From Eledone cirrhosa (lineage: Eukaryota): a DNA stretch of 64,000 nt. Positions 1-12,824 of this stretch are shown one piece after another. Position 1 is the first letter of the stretch. The number at the start of each line of letters is the position of its first letter. A program made the translations under genes and the position numbers. The stretch covers positions 89,900,001-89,964,000 of the forward strand of contig OZ024743.1 in NCBI GenBank assembly GCA_964016885.1, written 5' to 3'. Below the pieces are notes generated by a model. It was not told the DNA's origin, ran no database searches, and saw nothing but the letters and a program-made list of their open reading frames with translations.

Positions 1-819
1 GCTTTATAGTATCTGATCAGGCTCTGAGCGTAAGGAATTGAAATTCTGCTCTTTCTACCAAAAGGTTGCGACCGTCAGATATTATCTGCAATGAAAACCC
101 TAATAGAAACATTGTTTCCTTGATCCAATCTAACTATCGGTTCCTTTCCTTTCTATTTTCTTAATAGATAAAAACAACAACAGAACTATTTAAAATCTAT
201 AGTTAAGCAATGGTTGAGTTAACGTGACGAGACCCGCTTGTTTGATCATCTTAAGAAAATAACTGTCATTCAGTTAAGTAATTAAGTTGTTAGCAATATT
301 TTTCTAATCGTTAGATTATTATCGTAAGTCTAATTAGATTTAACAGAATCGTTAACTGAAATTTAAAACAGCATTGGTTGATGAAGCCATGAGCAATGTA
401 ATCTTTACGTGGATGATGGTGCAGCCTTGCTCTCCCGTGAGAAAATAACAGCTGTCTAATGATGGACAAGGAAAGATAATAGACATTTTTATATAATTTA
501 TTTATTTATTTATTGTAATAATTATTTCAAATGTTTTTATTATAATCATTTATTAATTAAAAGTGATTTTTTTTTTATTTTACTTATCAAAATCTGTTAC
601 ATAGTTGAAGACAAATAATGATGTTTTGATATTTTAAAATCATTTTCTTCCGAGTAAAACAGTCAGTGTCCATTACTTCTGCAAACCGTTGTAAGCAGGT
701 GAAGTTCAGGTGGATGATGTCCGTTTCAATTTTCCTCTGCTGACAAATTTTGCACAATATTTGATGTAGAATCTTTTAATTATAGAAAGCGAGAAAGCTA
801 ATGCCAGAAGAACAAAAGA

Positions 820-1337
820 TGTGTGAATGCAATAGACTAACACAAAAGGAATACTACTGGAGACATCATGATATTGCTCGGATCGTGCACTGGAAGTTGT
901 GAGATAAACATAATCTGAGCAGGACAGACAACGTGGTGCCAGTACCAGCCTGATCCAGTGGTAGAGGCAAAAGAAGTGAAAATACCTTGGGGTTTTCAAG
1001 ATCCAATATGATCACGAAACACATGAGAGAAGACCTGAGATTGATGCTGTGGATAAGTGAAAATACTTTGCTGGATAACTGGTGTAACATCGCCGAAGGA
1101 TAAGAGAGTATGTGGAAAAAAGTAAAAGATTGTGCAAAGAGAGATTTACAAAACGGTGAGAGGAGGATGACATGAAACAAGGTTGAAGACATGCCAGATA
1201 TAGTAGTTGGGAAAACAGTAACAACTAAAATGAGAGCATGGATTGTGAAATTTGGAACTGGGATCTGTAGAGAACATCTTCAAAAGACAGCAATATTAGG
1301 AACAGCTTGGATCATGAAGAAAGTTCTTGAGATATAA
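820..1337 (+). mobile_element. R4/Dong-clade non-LTR retrotransposon, decayed 3' fragment (zinc-knuckle tail + restriction-like endonuclease)
   Basis: Manual translation gives CECNRLTQKEYYWRHHDIARIVHWKL, later RRPEIDAVDK (PD-type RLE motif) and the C-terminus QKTAILGTAWIMKKVLEI*, followed by (TAAA)n/(GAAA)n. Contains frameshifts and stops. Confidence 0.8.
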
Positions 1338-1352
1338 ATAAATAAATAAATA

Positions 1353-1388
<36 letters not shown>

Positions 1389-1419
1389 AATTTGAAAATC
1401 TCTTAGTCCTTTTTTATGT

Positions 1420-2200
1420 CTCACTACTGCGTAGACGACCACCAGTCTAAAAGCACTACTTTCGATTTTGCCTACATCCAGGACCACCAACTTATCATCG
1501 GGGACTGGTAAGATCGTCCTTACTTCGAGATCTAGACCTTTCCTAAATATCACTGCCACCCTGCCTCCCATTCCATACCAACTAAGTGATGCGTAGATCT
1601 CAAAGTCGACAAGAATAGGGGCTAGAGCGCGCGTGTCGGAAATCCTGGTCTCGCAGACAGTAGTCATATCCTGAGCTAGTGACCTAGGGTCGTTGAACAA
1701 GCGACCTTGCTTCCAGGATGACCCCAAGCCATGCACATTTATACAACCTACTCTTAGAATTGCCACGCTGGCTGGTTAGAATTAAGAGAAAAAAAAGAGG
1801 GGACTACTTATCCTCCGGGTACTGTTGGAGATCGGGTGATTCGATCTCCATATCTCGTTGGGTTCCTTTGGTAAACCTTTTAAAGGCCTACTGATAGCCT
1901 TTATGCTGGGAGTTCCTACGTCGTAGATGAAGTTCTCCTTAATATTTTTTTTATATTTTTCCAGGGACACGCGGACAATTATTAATGTTTTTGCACTTTA
2001 AAAGTGCTGGTGCCGACCCCCCCCCCTCTCTCAGTATCTTTACTTCCTGCTATGACGGCCATCAATTCTTCGTTGGTTCTTCTCAATAGCACGAGGTCTG
2101 GTGTCTGTGTGGCTATTTATTGTTTCATGTGTGTCTTCGTTCTGTGGGTAGTGTTGGTGGTGCTGTTGGTGGTTGTGGCCAATCCACCGCCCTACTATAA
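1420..2200 (-). mobile_element. Tx1/L1-group LINE fragment (ORF1 end + ORF2 APE N-terminus), relative of the 45091-50276 element
   Basis: ORF 1296-1766 (MAILRVGCINVHGLGSSWKQGRLFND...CETRIS...FRLVVVYA) aligns by eye with ORF2 at 46576 (MAMLRVGCLNARGLGSTWKQ...CEARIS...FRLVAAYG). The upstream part resembles the ORF1 end (KKNIKENFIYDVGTPSI vs KTLKNNFKEDVGPPCI). Confidence 0.85.
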
Positions 2201-2384
2201 CAAATTATATTAATTATATTAATGTAGCTGTGTCTGCATTTGTTGTGGGAATAGTTTCTGTTTTCTGGAGTGTATGTTGGAATGATGCATGATGTTTTTT
2301 TTTTTTGTTTTTTTTTTCTGATTTCAATGATTTAAATATGTGAAAACAATAAATTTACGGGAGCCTACAACCAATAGCCAATAA

Positions 2385-3030
2385 TAATTGTTTCTACTTT
2401 TGGCACAAGGCCAGCAATTACCCAATACATTACTGGTGCTTTATTTTATCGACCCCGTAAGGATGAAAGGCAAAGTTAACCTCGGCGGGATTTAAACTCA
2501 GACCGTAAAGGGACGTAACTATGCTAGAAAGCATGGCGTCCAACACTCTACCGTTACTGTCAATTCACCGCTCCTAATAATAATGGTTTCTGATTTAGGC
2601 ACAAGGCCAGCAAATTTTGGGGGAAGGAAAAGTCGACTAAATCGTGTGTTACTAGTACTTTATTTTATCGACCCCGTAAGGATGAAAGGTAAAGCTAACT
2701 TCGGCAGGATTTTGAACGCAGAACTTAAAGGGCCGTAACTCTCTGCTACAAAACATGTTGTCCGGCGCTTAAACCGATACTGCCAATCCACCGCTTTAAT
2801 AATGGTTTCTTATATAGACATAATGCGACCAATTTTTTTTTTTGGGGGGGGGGGGGGGTGATTAAATCGATCCCAGTACGTTACTGGTACTTTATTTTAT
2901 CGACCCCATAAGGATGAAAGGCAAAGTTAACCTAGGCGGGATTTGAACTCAGATCATAAAGGACCGTAACTCTCTGCGTCAAAGCATGGTGTCCGACCCT
3001 CTACCGATACTGCCAATCCACCACCCTACG
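2385..3030 (-). mobile_element. Three head-to-tail tRNA-derived SINE copies (family S1, MetaSINE-like central domain)
   Basis: Units at about 2385-2575, 2583-2797 and 2800-3025. The minus strand has an A-box (TGGCAGTATCGGTAG), a B-box (GAGTTCAAATCCC) and the core CTTTGCCTTTCATCCTTACGGGGTCGATAAAATAAAGTACCAG. Followed by (AAT)n. Confidence 0.85.
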
Positions 3031-3035
3031 CCGTC

Positions 3036-3080
<45 letters not shown>

Positions 3081-3724
3081 GTTCAGTAAAGGAAAGATGT
3101 AGAAATAATTTGGAGGACGTGGGGACATCTTTGTGTTGAACGATGGGAAATATTTCTTCTAACGAGATTCTAGAAAAGCATTTCAGCTTTCAAAACATAT
3201 ATTTGGGTCAAAAACCAAATATATGTTCTAGCACTGGAAGACGGGGTATGATAATGTGATCCGTTAGTGTCGGTCAAATACTATAGAAACATGTTTAGGT
3301 CATTTAAAAACCATTAACCCGGTATTCTAGTGAGATGAGGAAATGACTTGGAAAGAAGAAATATTTAGTTGACTGATATTTTGTCTACAGAAGTCTATCA
3401 GAGATCTAGTCTGTCATCAGGAAGAAGTTAGCTACTAGTTTTCAAGTGACACTTTCAGATAACAAAGTCACTGTTCAGTTGTGTTATCTCCCATTGCGGA
3501 CTTATTGCTACCACAACTAGCCTGTTTCTTATACCTTCTCCTTCCTTTATCCCTACAAATATATTCCATTTACTTCTATCGTATTTAATATGTTGATCGA
3601 CGGAATATATTTATTTTTCTGCCAGCAAAGAATTCATTCATGTCTCATGTCTGTCTCCTAAAACAGAATTATTATTTAAGGGATTGGGGATTAGTGGGCG
3701 GTAAAGTGGTGGAACCGTTAGAGT

Positions 3725-4240
3725 CTTCTTCTTCTTCTCTTCTTCTTCTTCTTCTTCTTCTTCTTCTTCTGCTCCACCTCCCCTCCTTCTCCTCTTCCTC
3801 CTCCGCCTTTTTCTTCTACTTCTGCCTCCTCTTCTTTGCCCACTTATTCCGTGGAGGGTCGTGTTGGATAGAAGCAACTGTCTCCAACTGATCTGGCTGA
3901 ATCCACAAGCGTGACCAGCCAAGTTCATGGATTTTATTCAACCATCCTGCTTGGGGGGTCTACCCCTGGGTCTCCTGCCGATTGGTTTTGCCTGTAAAAC
4001 CAGTCCAGCGATTCCTTCCTGAGACATTCTACATGCTGATAATATCGGAGCTGTGATCTTTCAATTCGGAGAAGTAGCGTCTCTACCTAAAATGATGCTC
4101 TGGTCTCTGAGTTACGCATTCTATTGAGTAACGTTACTCCCAAGACCCTTCGGAGGAACCACATTACGGCTGCTTGTATTCACGATCGTATTCTTTCGGT
4201 CATTACCCAAGATTCATGACCCTAGGTAAGGGTTGGCACG
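3725..4240 (-). mobile_element. RTE-like LINE 3' fragment with (GAA)n tail
   Basis: Minus strand encodes a decayed RTE-type C-terminus (GRRPRGRPP...LGWSRL). Homologous to 20890-21360. Ends in GAA-rich repeats. Confidence 0.65.
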
Positions 4241-4287
4241 AATTGCTGGCCTTGTACCAAATGTAGAAACAATTATTACACTTGTCT

Positions 4288-4452
4288 AGGGAGGTAGATT
4301 GGCAGCATCCTTAGAAGGTCGGACAAATGTGTAGTAGTATTTGTTGCAGCTTTTTACGTTGAGTTCATTTAAAGCCGAGGTTAATTTTGCCTTACTTTTT
4401 CCGAGGTCAATAAAATAAAATACCAGTTAAGTACTGAGGTTGATATAATCGA
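4288..4452 (+). mobile_element. Diverged SINE S1-like copy
   Basis: GGTAGATTGGCAGCATCCTTAG...GAGTTCATTTAAAGCCGAGGTTAATTTTGCC...AATAAAATACCAG. Confidence 0.6.
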
Positions 4453-5064
4453 TGGTGGTGGTGGTAGTAGTCATATGTGTGTGTGCATGTATGAGTAAGT
4501 GTGTGGTGTGTGTGTGTTTGTGCAGGTATATGGACTTGCTTACGTTGTTTGTTTGGAAATGGATTCAAGTCTAGCTAAACTGGTCGAACATGCCGCCGAC
4601 AAGTTTCCATTTATCTAACTTGTTATGAATTCCTCAGCTTCCCATAGATTTATTTTATATTTTATACGACACACTTCATTAAGAAAGATATTTCTGTCTA
4701 AATATTGTAAAAACCAAATACCATCACAGTTCCAATTGAGATAACCTTTAGACAAGGCACGTGTTTCACTACAAGATTAAACCATGAAACTAGCTTACAG
4801 TTTACAAACTTATACTTTAGGATGTTTTGTCCTTTTTTTCTTCATGTGAGAGAGCTCTTCGTAACGAAGCTATTTATATACACAGCAGCAAATTAGTTGA
4901 GCTGTTGGGGCATTAGATGGAATGTCTCGTGGTATTCGATCCGGCTCTCTGAACTCTTCTGGGTTCGAATCTAATCGATGTCGGTAAATAATGTATCAGT
5001 TCAGTACTGGCTTCGATTCTTCTTCTTCGTCTCATCTTCTTCTTTTTCTTCTTTATCATCATCT

Positions 5065-5170
<106 letters not shown>

Positions 5171-5354
5171 CTTGAAGAAATCGGCTGTAGTCAAACCTGG
5201 TTTAAAAAGCCCAAGACACGACGTATGCCATGAAGCCCCTTCCACACACAGACACACAACTCCATTGGTAGTTATGCGAACAGTGACGGAATTATACTCA
5301 CTCTCCTCAATTCATCTTTTTATTATTATTATTTTTAAGAACTTATAAATCATA

Positions 5355-5508
5355 GGTTGCATCTGACAGGATCCGCTGGAGGGAGAGTTTGAGGATTCTG
5401 CTTCCACGAACCTCTCAGAAATAATTGGGCAAAGAAGAAAGAAGAAGAAGAAGAAGAAGAAGAAGAAGAAGAAGAAGAAGAAGAAGAAGAAGAAGAAGAA
5501 GAAGAAGA
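5355..5508 (+). mobile_element. RTE-like 3' tail with (GAA)n
   Basis: GTTGCATCTGACAGGATCCGCTGGAGGGAGAGTTTGAGGATTCTGCTTCCACG matches 23740-23930 and, in reverse complement, 20890-20980 and 24500-24600. Confidence 0.65.
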
Positions 5509-5894
5509 TCATAGCTATGTCAACGAAAACAAATTTGTCATTTTACTATATGGTCATTTTCTTTTTCTTCTGGGAAGAGACGAGAGTAAAAGAGGTTGAT
5601 TGATAAAAGCTGACATTCCTATCAGTTGCTGGGGCGGGTGGAGGACATAGCTATGAAGTTGTGCTGTTTGTAACTTTTAATTCAATTAACTTAGTTTCAT
5701 ATCCAGCTGGGCGCTTAGCTTATCTCTAGTCACACATCTGATTTATATACACAGCGTATGGAGGTCATTTAGTGTTAACCTACCTTCATCAAGGTCATAA
5801 TAGGAATGTATATAGACTCTCTTTACATTTATTATATATTGATTTATTGATATTATGTATATACATGTGTGTAAGTGTGTGTGTATGATGAATT

Positions 5895-6680
5895 TCCGTC
5901 GTTTTCGACGACGAGTTTTCCAGTTGATAGGAACAACGGATCAGCCTCCTCGTGGAATTAACATGCAAGTGGTTGAGCATTTCACAGGCATGTGTACCCT
6001 AATGTAGGAAGATTAAGCGTGACGCAGTGTGACAAAGCTGGTCTTTCGAATCACAAGTACAACTCTTGTTTACCAATTGAGTTGACTGGAGCAACATGAA
6101 ATATGGCGTCTTATTGAAGGACGCAACGTGTCGACGGGAATCCAACTTATGATCAGGGTTGGATTTAGACCTTTGGGGGACACTTCAGGTTTGGGGGGGT
6201 GCTAATACACAAAAACTAGAATATACAGCACCCACCCCCCAATTTTACATATCACAGTTTGCTTGGCGCAAGTAATTGGAATTGAAAAGTTATAAATACA
6301 GGTATTAAATTAACAAATTTTAACCATCCTAAAACTAAAAAGCCCAGCTGAGGACACAAATAAATTGCTACGGATGTCGCTGGTGGGGGCCCCACTGTAG
6401 GGAGCTCGGGGCAATTGTCCCCTTTTCCCGCCATTAAATCCGGCCCTGCTCCTAACTTAACGATCATCATTGGTAGGGGCCCCACTGTAAGGAGCTCGGG
6501 GCAATTTCCCCCTTTGCCCGCCATTAAATCCAGCCCTGCTCATGACTTTACGATCGTCGCTGGTGAGGGCCCCACTGTAGGGAGCTCGGGGCAATTGCCC
6601 CCTTTGCCCGCCATTAAATCCGGCCCTGTTCATGACTTTACGATCGTGAGTCGAACACCCGAACCACGAAGCCTAGCACC
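5895..6680 (-). mobile_element. tRNA-derived SINE (family S2) interrupted by a MITE
   Basis: The tRNA-like head is split between about 6125-6153 and 6629-6680; body at 5895-6120. Confidence 0.65.
6154..6628. mobile_element. hAT-type MITE with triplicated right end (90-bp tandem x3)
   Basis: Left TIR CAGGGTTGGATTTA at 6154; right TIR TAAATCCRGCCCTG ending at 6448, 6538 and 6628. Degenerate 8-bp TSD CTTATGAT / CTCATGAC. A related MITE lies at 30596-30808. Confidence 0.7.
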
Positions 6681-7080
6681 TCACTATTGATATTATAGGG
6701 TTCAAACAATACATTCACATATGTCAAATGTAGGCATTAATATGACCTCTCGACTAGGGCCGGATTTAATGGTGGGGGGTCGGCAAAAGGGGCAGTTGCC
6801 CCGAGCTCCCTATACTGGAGCAATGCAAAACGAAGTGTTTTCCTCAAGATCACAACACACAACCCAGTCCAGGAATCGAACCCATGATGTTATGGTCTTA
6901 AATCCAACATCCTTACCATTAGGCCACCTGCCCCCACTTTACATTACTATAAAACAACATATTCACCGTAGTATTTTGAATTTTAACGATACGTTTCTTC
7001 CTCTGAGTTATTTCTCACATTCTTACATATGTTTAGTCTAGAGGTTTTTATATACATATATGTATATATGTATATATATA

Positions 7081-7436
7081 TGGGGAGCGTCATATTGTTG
7101 TAATAATATTGCCAGAATTAATAACAGAACATGACGTAGATATACAATACAACAGGAGGAACATAATAGCACCACTGACGATGTTGCAGATGTGCAACGA
7201 AAGAACTTTGTATATGTGTTTATATCTATATTATATCTGTATTTTTGACCGTTGGTCAGTCAATGGTAAACATTGAGGACCAAATGAATTAACTAATATA
7301 AAAAATACAGAAGCGAAAATCAACCAAACAGTGAGTGTGTTCTGTTATTAATTCTGGCAATATTATTACAATATGACCCTCCCCAAGTATAACAATATTT
7401 GTTTCGACACACGATTTCATATAAATAACTTCGCAA

Positions 7437-7441
<5 letters not shown>
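7081..7441. mobile_element. Fold-back element family C (Penelope-type 3' end) in (TA)n, with HHR-like motif at about 7170-7215
   Basis: Inverted arms 7081-7131 / about 7338-7385. Motif CTGACGA-t-GTTGCA gatg TGCAAC-GAAA-GAAC-TT. The terminus ATGACCCTCCCCAAGTATAACAATAT is shared with about 12870-13250, 39755 and 42712. Confidence 0.6.
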
Positions 7442-7524
<83 letters not shown>

Positions 7525-7529
<5 letters not shown>

Positions 7530-7587
7530 AGATCCTGTTAAGGGTGAAAGCAGCGATTCTTTGCTTAAACTTTACTCTGTTATTTTA

Positions 7588-7592
<5 letters not shown>
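7525..7592 (+). repeat. Short interspersed repeat with a variant HHR-like core (CAGAAGA...GAAA), flanked by (TA)n
   Basis: Same sequence in reverse complement at about 59492-59556 and 62522-62590. Confidence 0.55.
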
Positions 7593-7625
<33 letters not shown>

Positions 7626-7741
7626 GGAAAAAATGAAACGAAATTTCATTTCTCATACGTACATATATATATGTGTGCATGTACGTATATATATACATAC
7701 TACTGTACGTCTGTATACATATATGTATGTACGTATACATA

Positions 7742-7814
<73 letters not shown>

Positions 7815-8027
7815 GGTGTGTGTGCTGTGTTTAATATATTAAGAGTTAACTATTGTTTATTGAAAATGCTTATATAAAATTATGACGGAAAGTTTTTTTA
7901 ATAAATATAAATACGTATTATGGTAAATAAATATATACATATACATCAAGTCCTAACACAGTGGAACCAAACTCCCAACGTCACTGCTTTCATCCGTCTC
8001 TCTCACTCTCCCCATCTCTCACTATTA

Positions 8028-8230
8028 TAAGCAAATGTGGGCCACGTGCTGGCCGCCCCGCAGCACCAGCGGACAAAATAGAGAAAGTGTTTTCTCGGAG
8101 GATGGTAAGGGAGACACGGTGGAAGAGCCATTCCAGCTTGCAAGGCTCACACCTAGGGGTAGACAATTCCGTGTTGATAGTGGTGAGTAGGGAGGCGGCC
8201 CTAAGGCCAAGGACTCCAGAAGTCTCCACA
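8028..8230 (-). mobile_element. CRE-clade retrotransposon 3' fragment
   Basis: VETSGVLG...EWLFHRVSLTILRENTFSIL resembles the CRE C-terminal FQR.S....RGNA motif; homologous to 19706-19894. Confidence 0.7.
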
Positions 8231-8434
8231 TTCTATTTCTCTTTCTCTCTTTTCTTTACTTCTTTACTGTTATTACTTTATTTTCTTTATTTCTATTTCT
8301 ATATTTTTCTATCCTTTTTCAACACCATTACCTTTTCTGTATTTCGCTCATTCTGTTGTTTTGTTCTTTCTGTCTAACAACGCTTTTTCTTCTCTCTTTG
8401 TATAATTGCTTTATAAGACGAGAGCTGCAAACTT

Positions 8435-8503
<69 letters not shown>

Positions 8504-8510
<7 letters not shown>

Positions 8511-9133
8511 TTCGTATTTCTAAAGAAATACGGTTTTAGAAAGCCATAGCTATGTAAATACCGCTGGGGCGGGGGGGGGGGCTAACGCCCTCTGGTGGTG
8601 TCCAGCAGAAGCAAGGGGGGTAACCGTCTATGCATATCAGGCTTGATGGCCATCGTCAGGACGATCCCTCCCCCCGCTTGCGACTGCTGGACCAGAGGGC
8701 GTTAGCCCCCCGGTGTTTACATAGCTACGGCTTCCTAAAACCGTATTTCTTTAGAAATACGAAATGTCTATACATATTGTATAAAGCTATGCTTGAAACG
8801 AAATCTTATTTCTTTTCTATTATAATTTGAGCCAACTTATGTAGCTTCATATGCAAATGAGATTAATCAGCTCATTTACACAGACGAGAAAACTATATAT
8901 TCTCGGCTGTCTTCTAGTACAGCAGTCGCAAGCGGTGGGAGGTATCGTCCTGACAAAGGCCAGTTAAGCCTGAAATGCATAGACGGTTGTCACCCTTGCT
9001 TCTGCTGGACACCACCAGAGGGCGTTAGCCCCCTGGTTTTTAAATAGCTAAGGCTTCCTAAAACCGTATCTTTAGAAATACGAAATTTCTATACATATTG
9101 AATAAAGCTATGCTTGAAGCGAAATCTTATTTA
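8504..9133. mobile_element. HHR element family F: inverted arm + partial tandem of a ~323-nt unit, flanked by (TA)n
   Basis: 8504-8689 is the reverse complement of the 8920-9095 region. ACCAGAGGGCG recurs at 8691 and 9014. HHR motifs at 8623-8665 (-) and 8944-8987 (+), each with one core substitution. Confidence 0.8.
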
Positions 9134-9149
9134 ATATATATATATAAAC

Positions 9150-9740
9150 GTTCTGAATCAAATTTACCAACAGTTAATTTGAAAAATTCCTGAAATAACA
9201 TGAAAAACTTAACAAATATTAGGTTTTCTAAATAAAGCGCACAACCTCTATAAGAGAAACGCATTTTTATTTACAATAATTTCTATAGATTCAAAAACAT
9301 AATGTGAACACTGAACACTGAATATTGAACATTATTTTTGCATAAGAGAGGATTTAATGGCAGTTGGGTGTGTTTTACGATTTTCGGTAACAATCTATAA
9401 AACAAATTGTTTCTCAGTTTCATCTTTTGTGAGAATGTTATTGTAATCCTGAATGAGTTTGACACCTCTTTCTGCAACATCATTCACAACAACTGTGTTC
9501 TCAAGTTTTTCAAGTCCACTTTTGTAACTAGGATCATCCCTCCATGTCGAAGGGTCTTTGCCGAGGAAATCGGTGGTGATAGAAAATATCGTGAAGAAAG
9601 TTTTTGTACCAGGAGTTACAAAAGAGGAAAACTCGAAGTCATTTTGGTGCATAATGTACCTCTTCAGTTGATTTTTTTCTTCTTTTTCCTCTTCTTCGCC
9701 TTTGTCTGCTTCCAGCATAACTTGAACAATACCTTAACCT
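9150..9740 (-). pseudogene. DNA transposase C-terminal fragment (hAT-like)
   Basis: FLGKDPSTWRDDPSYKSGLEKLENTVVVNDVAERGVKLIQDYNNILTKDETEKQFVL. The VVND.AER.VKL motif is typical of hAT/hATm-like transposase C-termini (superfamily inferred). Confidence 0.55.
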
Positions 9741-9744
9741 CTTC

Positions 9745-10270
9745 TTGCTCTCCCTTTCTACCCCCCCCCCCTCTGCTCTCATTGCTCTCCTTTTCTCCTT
9801 CTTCTCCTTGCTCTCCTTTTACCCCTGCTCGTCTTGCTCTCTTTTTGCCATTGCTCTCCTTGCTCTCCTTTTTTCATTGCTCTCCTTGCTCTCCTTTTCG
9901 CTCCTTCTCCTTGCTCTCCTTTACTCATTGCTCTCCTTTTATCCTTCTCCTTCTCCTTGCTCTCCTTTTCTCATTGCTCTCCTTTTATCCTTGCTGTCCT
10001 TGCTCTCCTTTTCTCATTGCTCTCCCTTTCTCCTTCCTCTCCTTTTATCCTTGCTCTCATTACTCTCCTTTTCTCCTTTCTCTCCTTTTCTCCTTACTCT
10101 CCTTTTCTCCCTACTCTCCTTTTCTCCTTACTCTCCTTTTCTCCTTGCTCTCCTTTTCTCCTTACTCTCCTTTTCTCCTTGCTCTCCTTTTCTCATTGCT
10201 CTAGTTGCTCTCCTTTTCTCATTGTTCTCTCTTTTCTCCTTACTCTCCTTTTCCCCTTGCTCCCCCCCTT
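9745..10270. repeat. Polypyrimidine imperfect minisatellite (TTGCTCTCCTTTTCTCC-like, ~17-20 bp)
   Basis: Directly visible; explains the Leu/Ser/Phe-rich ORFs in three frames. Confidence 0.9.
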
Positions 10271-10383
10271 GTACTTGTTTATATACAAAGAGAAAACGGG
10301 AGCAAGGAGAAGTATGAAAGCAATCGAGTACTCTCAGCTGTCAACCACGTACGGATATATGTATATTAGGGTGGCCCTTAGTG

Positions 10384-10501
10384 AAGGCGTGTGGCTGAGT
10401 GGTTAGAGAATTGGATTCGCAATCGTAAGGTTGTGAGTTCGATTCCTGGACCAGGCGATGCGTTATGTCCTTGAGCAAGACACTTTATTTCACGTTGCTC
10501 C
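10384..10501 (+). mobile_element. tRNA-derived SINE 5' part
   Basis: GGCGTGTGGCTGAGTGGTTAG (A-box)...GAGTTCGATTCC (B-box)...TGTCCTTGAGCAAGACACTTTATTTCACGTTGCTCC. Confidence 0.75.
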
Positions 10502-11166
10502 TTCTACCTGGAGTTGCGACCGATAGATAGTATTAGCAATTGGAAAGACCAACGGAAACATTGTTTCCTCGGTCCGATTTGACGAAAGTCGATCGTTCCT
10601 TAGCAATAGGTAATTTTTTCGAAAGTTAAAATGTTGCTGCTCCCACAGCGAAAAATAGGTGTTTGTCCTATACCTGCGTTCTGTCCCCAGCTTTGCAAGT
10701 TGCCTTCCCCATTATGTTTATTGTCACTTATCCTTCTATTACCAAGAATAAGTCTGAACAAGTTTTTAATTTAAGAGAAAATTATATAAGAGATGAAACA
10801 TTTTTATCTGAAAAAATGACTTTCCGGGCGAAAACTTCAAAATTTCACAGTTGATGAGGGTCACCTCGAGCTAAAATTTGGCATAGATTGGTTCTTTATT
10901 ACTTGAAACAAGATAGGTGGGTGGGAGCTAATCTGTTAGAAAGTTTAAAAATATATATTTTACGAGGCCGAATTCTCGGCTTTTTGAAGCGTTGAGAATA
11001 TATGTATATATATATAAGTATTAAAAGTGTTCAAGCGCAGAAATACTCTAAAGATAACTTATAAAATAGGGTGACGACCCTTAAAAGACGAGAAAAGAAG
11101 TTGCCATCGACCGCTATGAGGAATTGAACTCCTTATCTTCCAGATACCGGCTAGAGGGTTTATATA

Positions 11167-11846
<680 letters not shown>

Positions 11847-12617
11847 AACTATAATAAACTATAATAAATTAAAGAGTGCGGGGCTGCATCCAGAATATAT
11901 TTTTTTATCCTCTTAGTAAAATAAGTTGGATTACTTTGAATAAATAATGAATGAATATTACATAATTTATCTACTAAATTTCGTGGCCGTTCATTAAATA
12001 TATCTTATTACTTATTTAAAGATTCACTTCTTTAAAATTTTCAAATGTCAACACTTCCGGTTAGCGATCGCTTAAATAAACATTCATATATTTCCGTCAC
12101 TAATTTTCTCCTAATGCAGTTTATATATAATATCGTATTTTTTTAATGTATCATAGATTACGTTACTGATTACATAAGACAGTGTAACGCAGTCTTCGTT
12201 CAATTTCTGTGTATATTGTTAATTACGATTTTATTTGATATATCATATCTACATGCATATATACTTGCGTATAATATCAATATGCACTTTACACATGCTA
12301 GCTGAAAAACCACCCGATGGGTGGTTTTTCTGCTAGTATATATAACAAAGAAAGTGTGGTAAGGAACCAGGTGAACCATAACGCACCAGAGTACTCGATA
12401 CTTAGCGAAAAACAACTTCCGATATGTGTGGCAAGCGCTCAATAGATTCTAACGAACCAGAGCTACAACATACGTTAAAAGGCCAAACACACTGAGACGA
12501 TGGTTAAACCATTATCCGCACACCCATAGAAACGACCAAGTAATTCGGGTCAAACAAATAAAAAAATATGATTGAAAAATTTACCCGGAGCCCTGTATAT
12601 ATATATATAGGTATATA

Positions 12618-12654
<37 letters not shown>

Positions 12655-12655
<1 letters not shown>

Positions 12656-12824
12656 TAGAAATGTAAGCTATCGCCGTATTTTGACTAAAGAAATTATTTA
12701 GCCTGATTGTGGGGCTAAGAACCCTCGGAGAAATGGAAAAAGGTGAGTATTAACGTACATGGGAGTCGAACCCACATCTTTGGTTATCCGGACCACTGTG
12801 CTACCATTTACACCAACACATCAC
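12655..12824 (-). mobile_element. tRNA-like SINE in (TA)n
   Basis: Minus strand GTGTTGGTGTAAATGGTAGCAC...TGGGTTCGACTCCCA (A and B boxes) followed by a non-tRNA body. Confidence 0.55.

Noticed and set aside
9407-10406. Hydrophobic Leu/Ser/Phe 'membrane protein' ORFs
   Set aside because: Polypyrimidine minisatellite open in all three frames.
12760-12824. tRNA gene
   Set aside because: A and B boxes are present, but the acceptor and anticodon stems are irregular and it runs into a SINE-like body.
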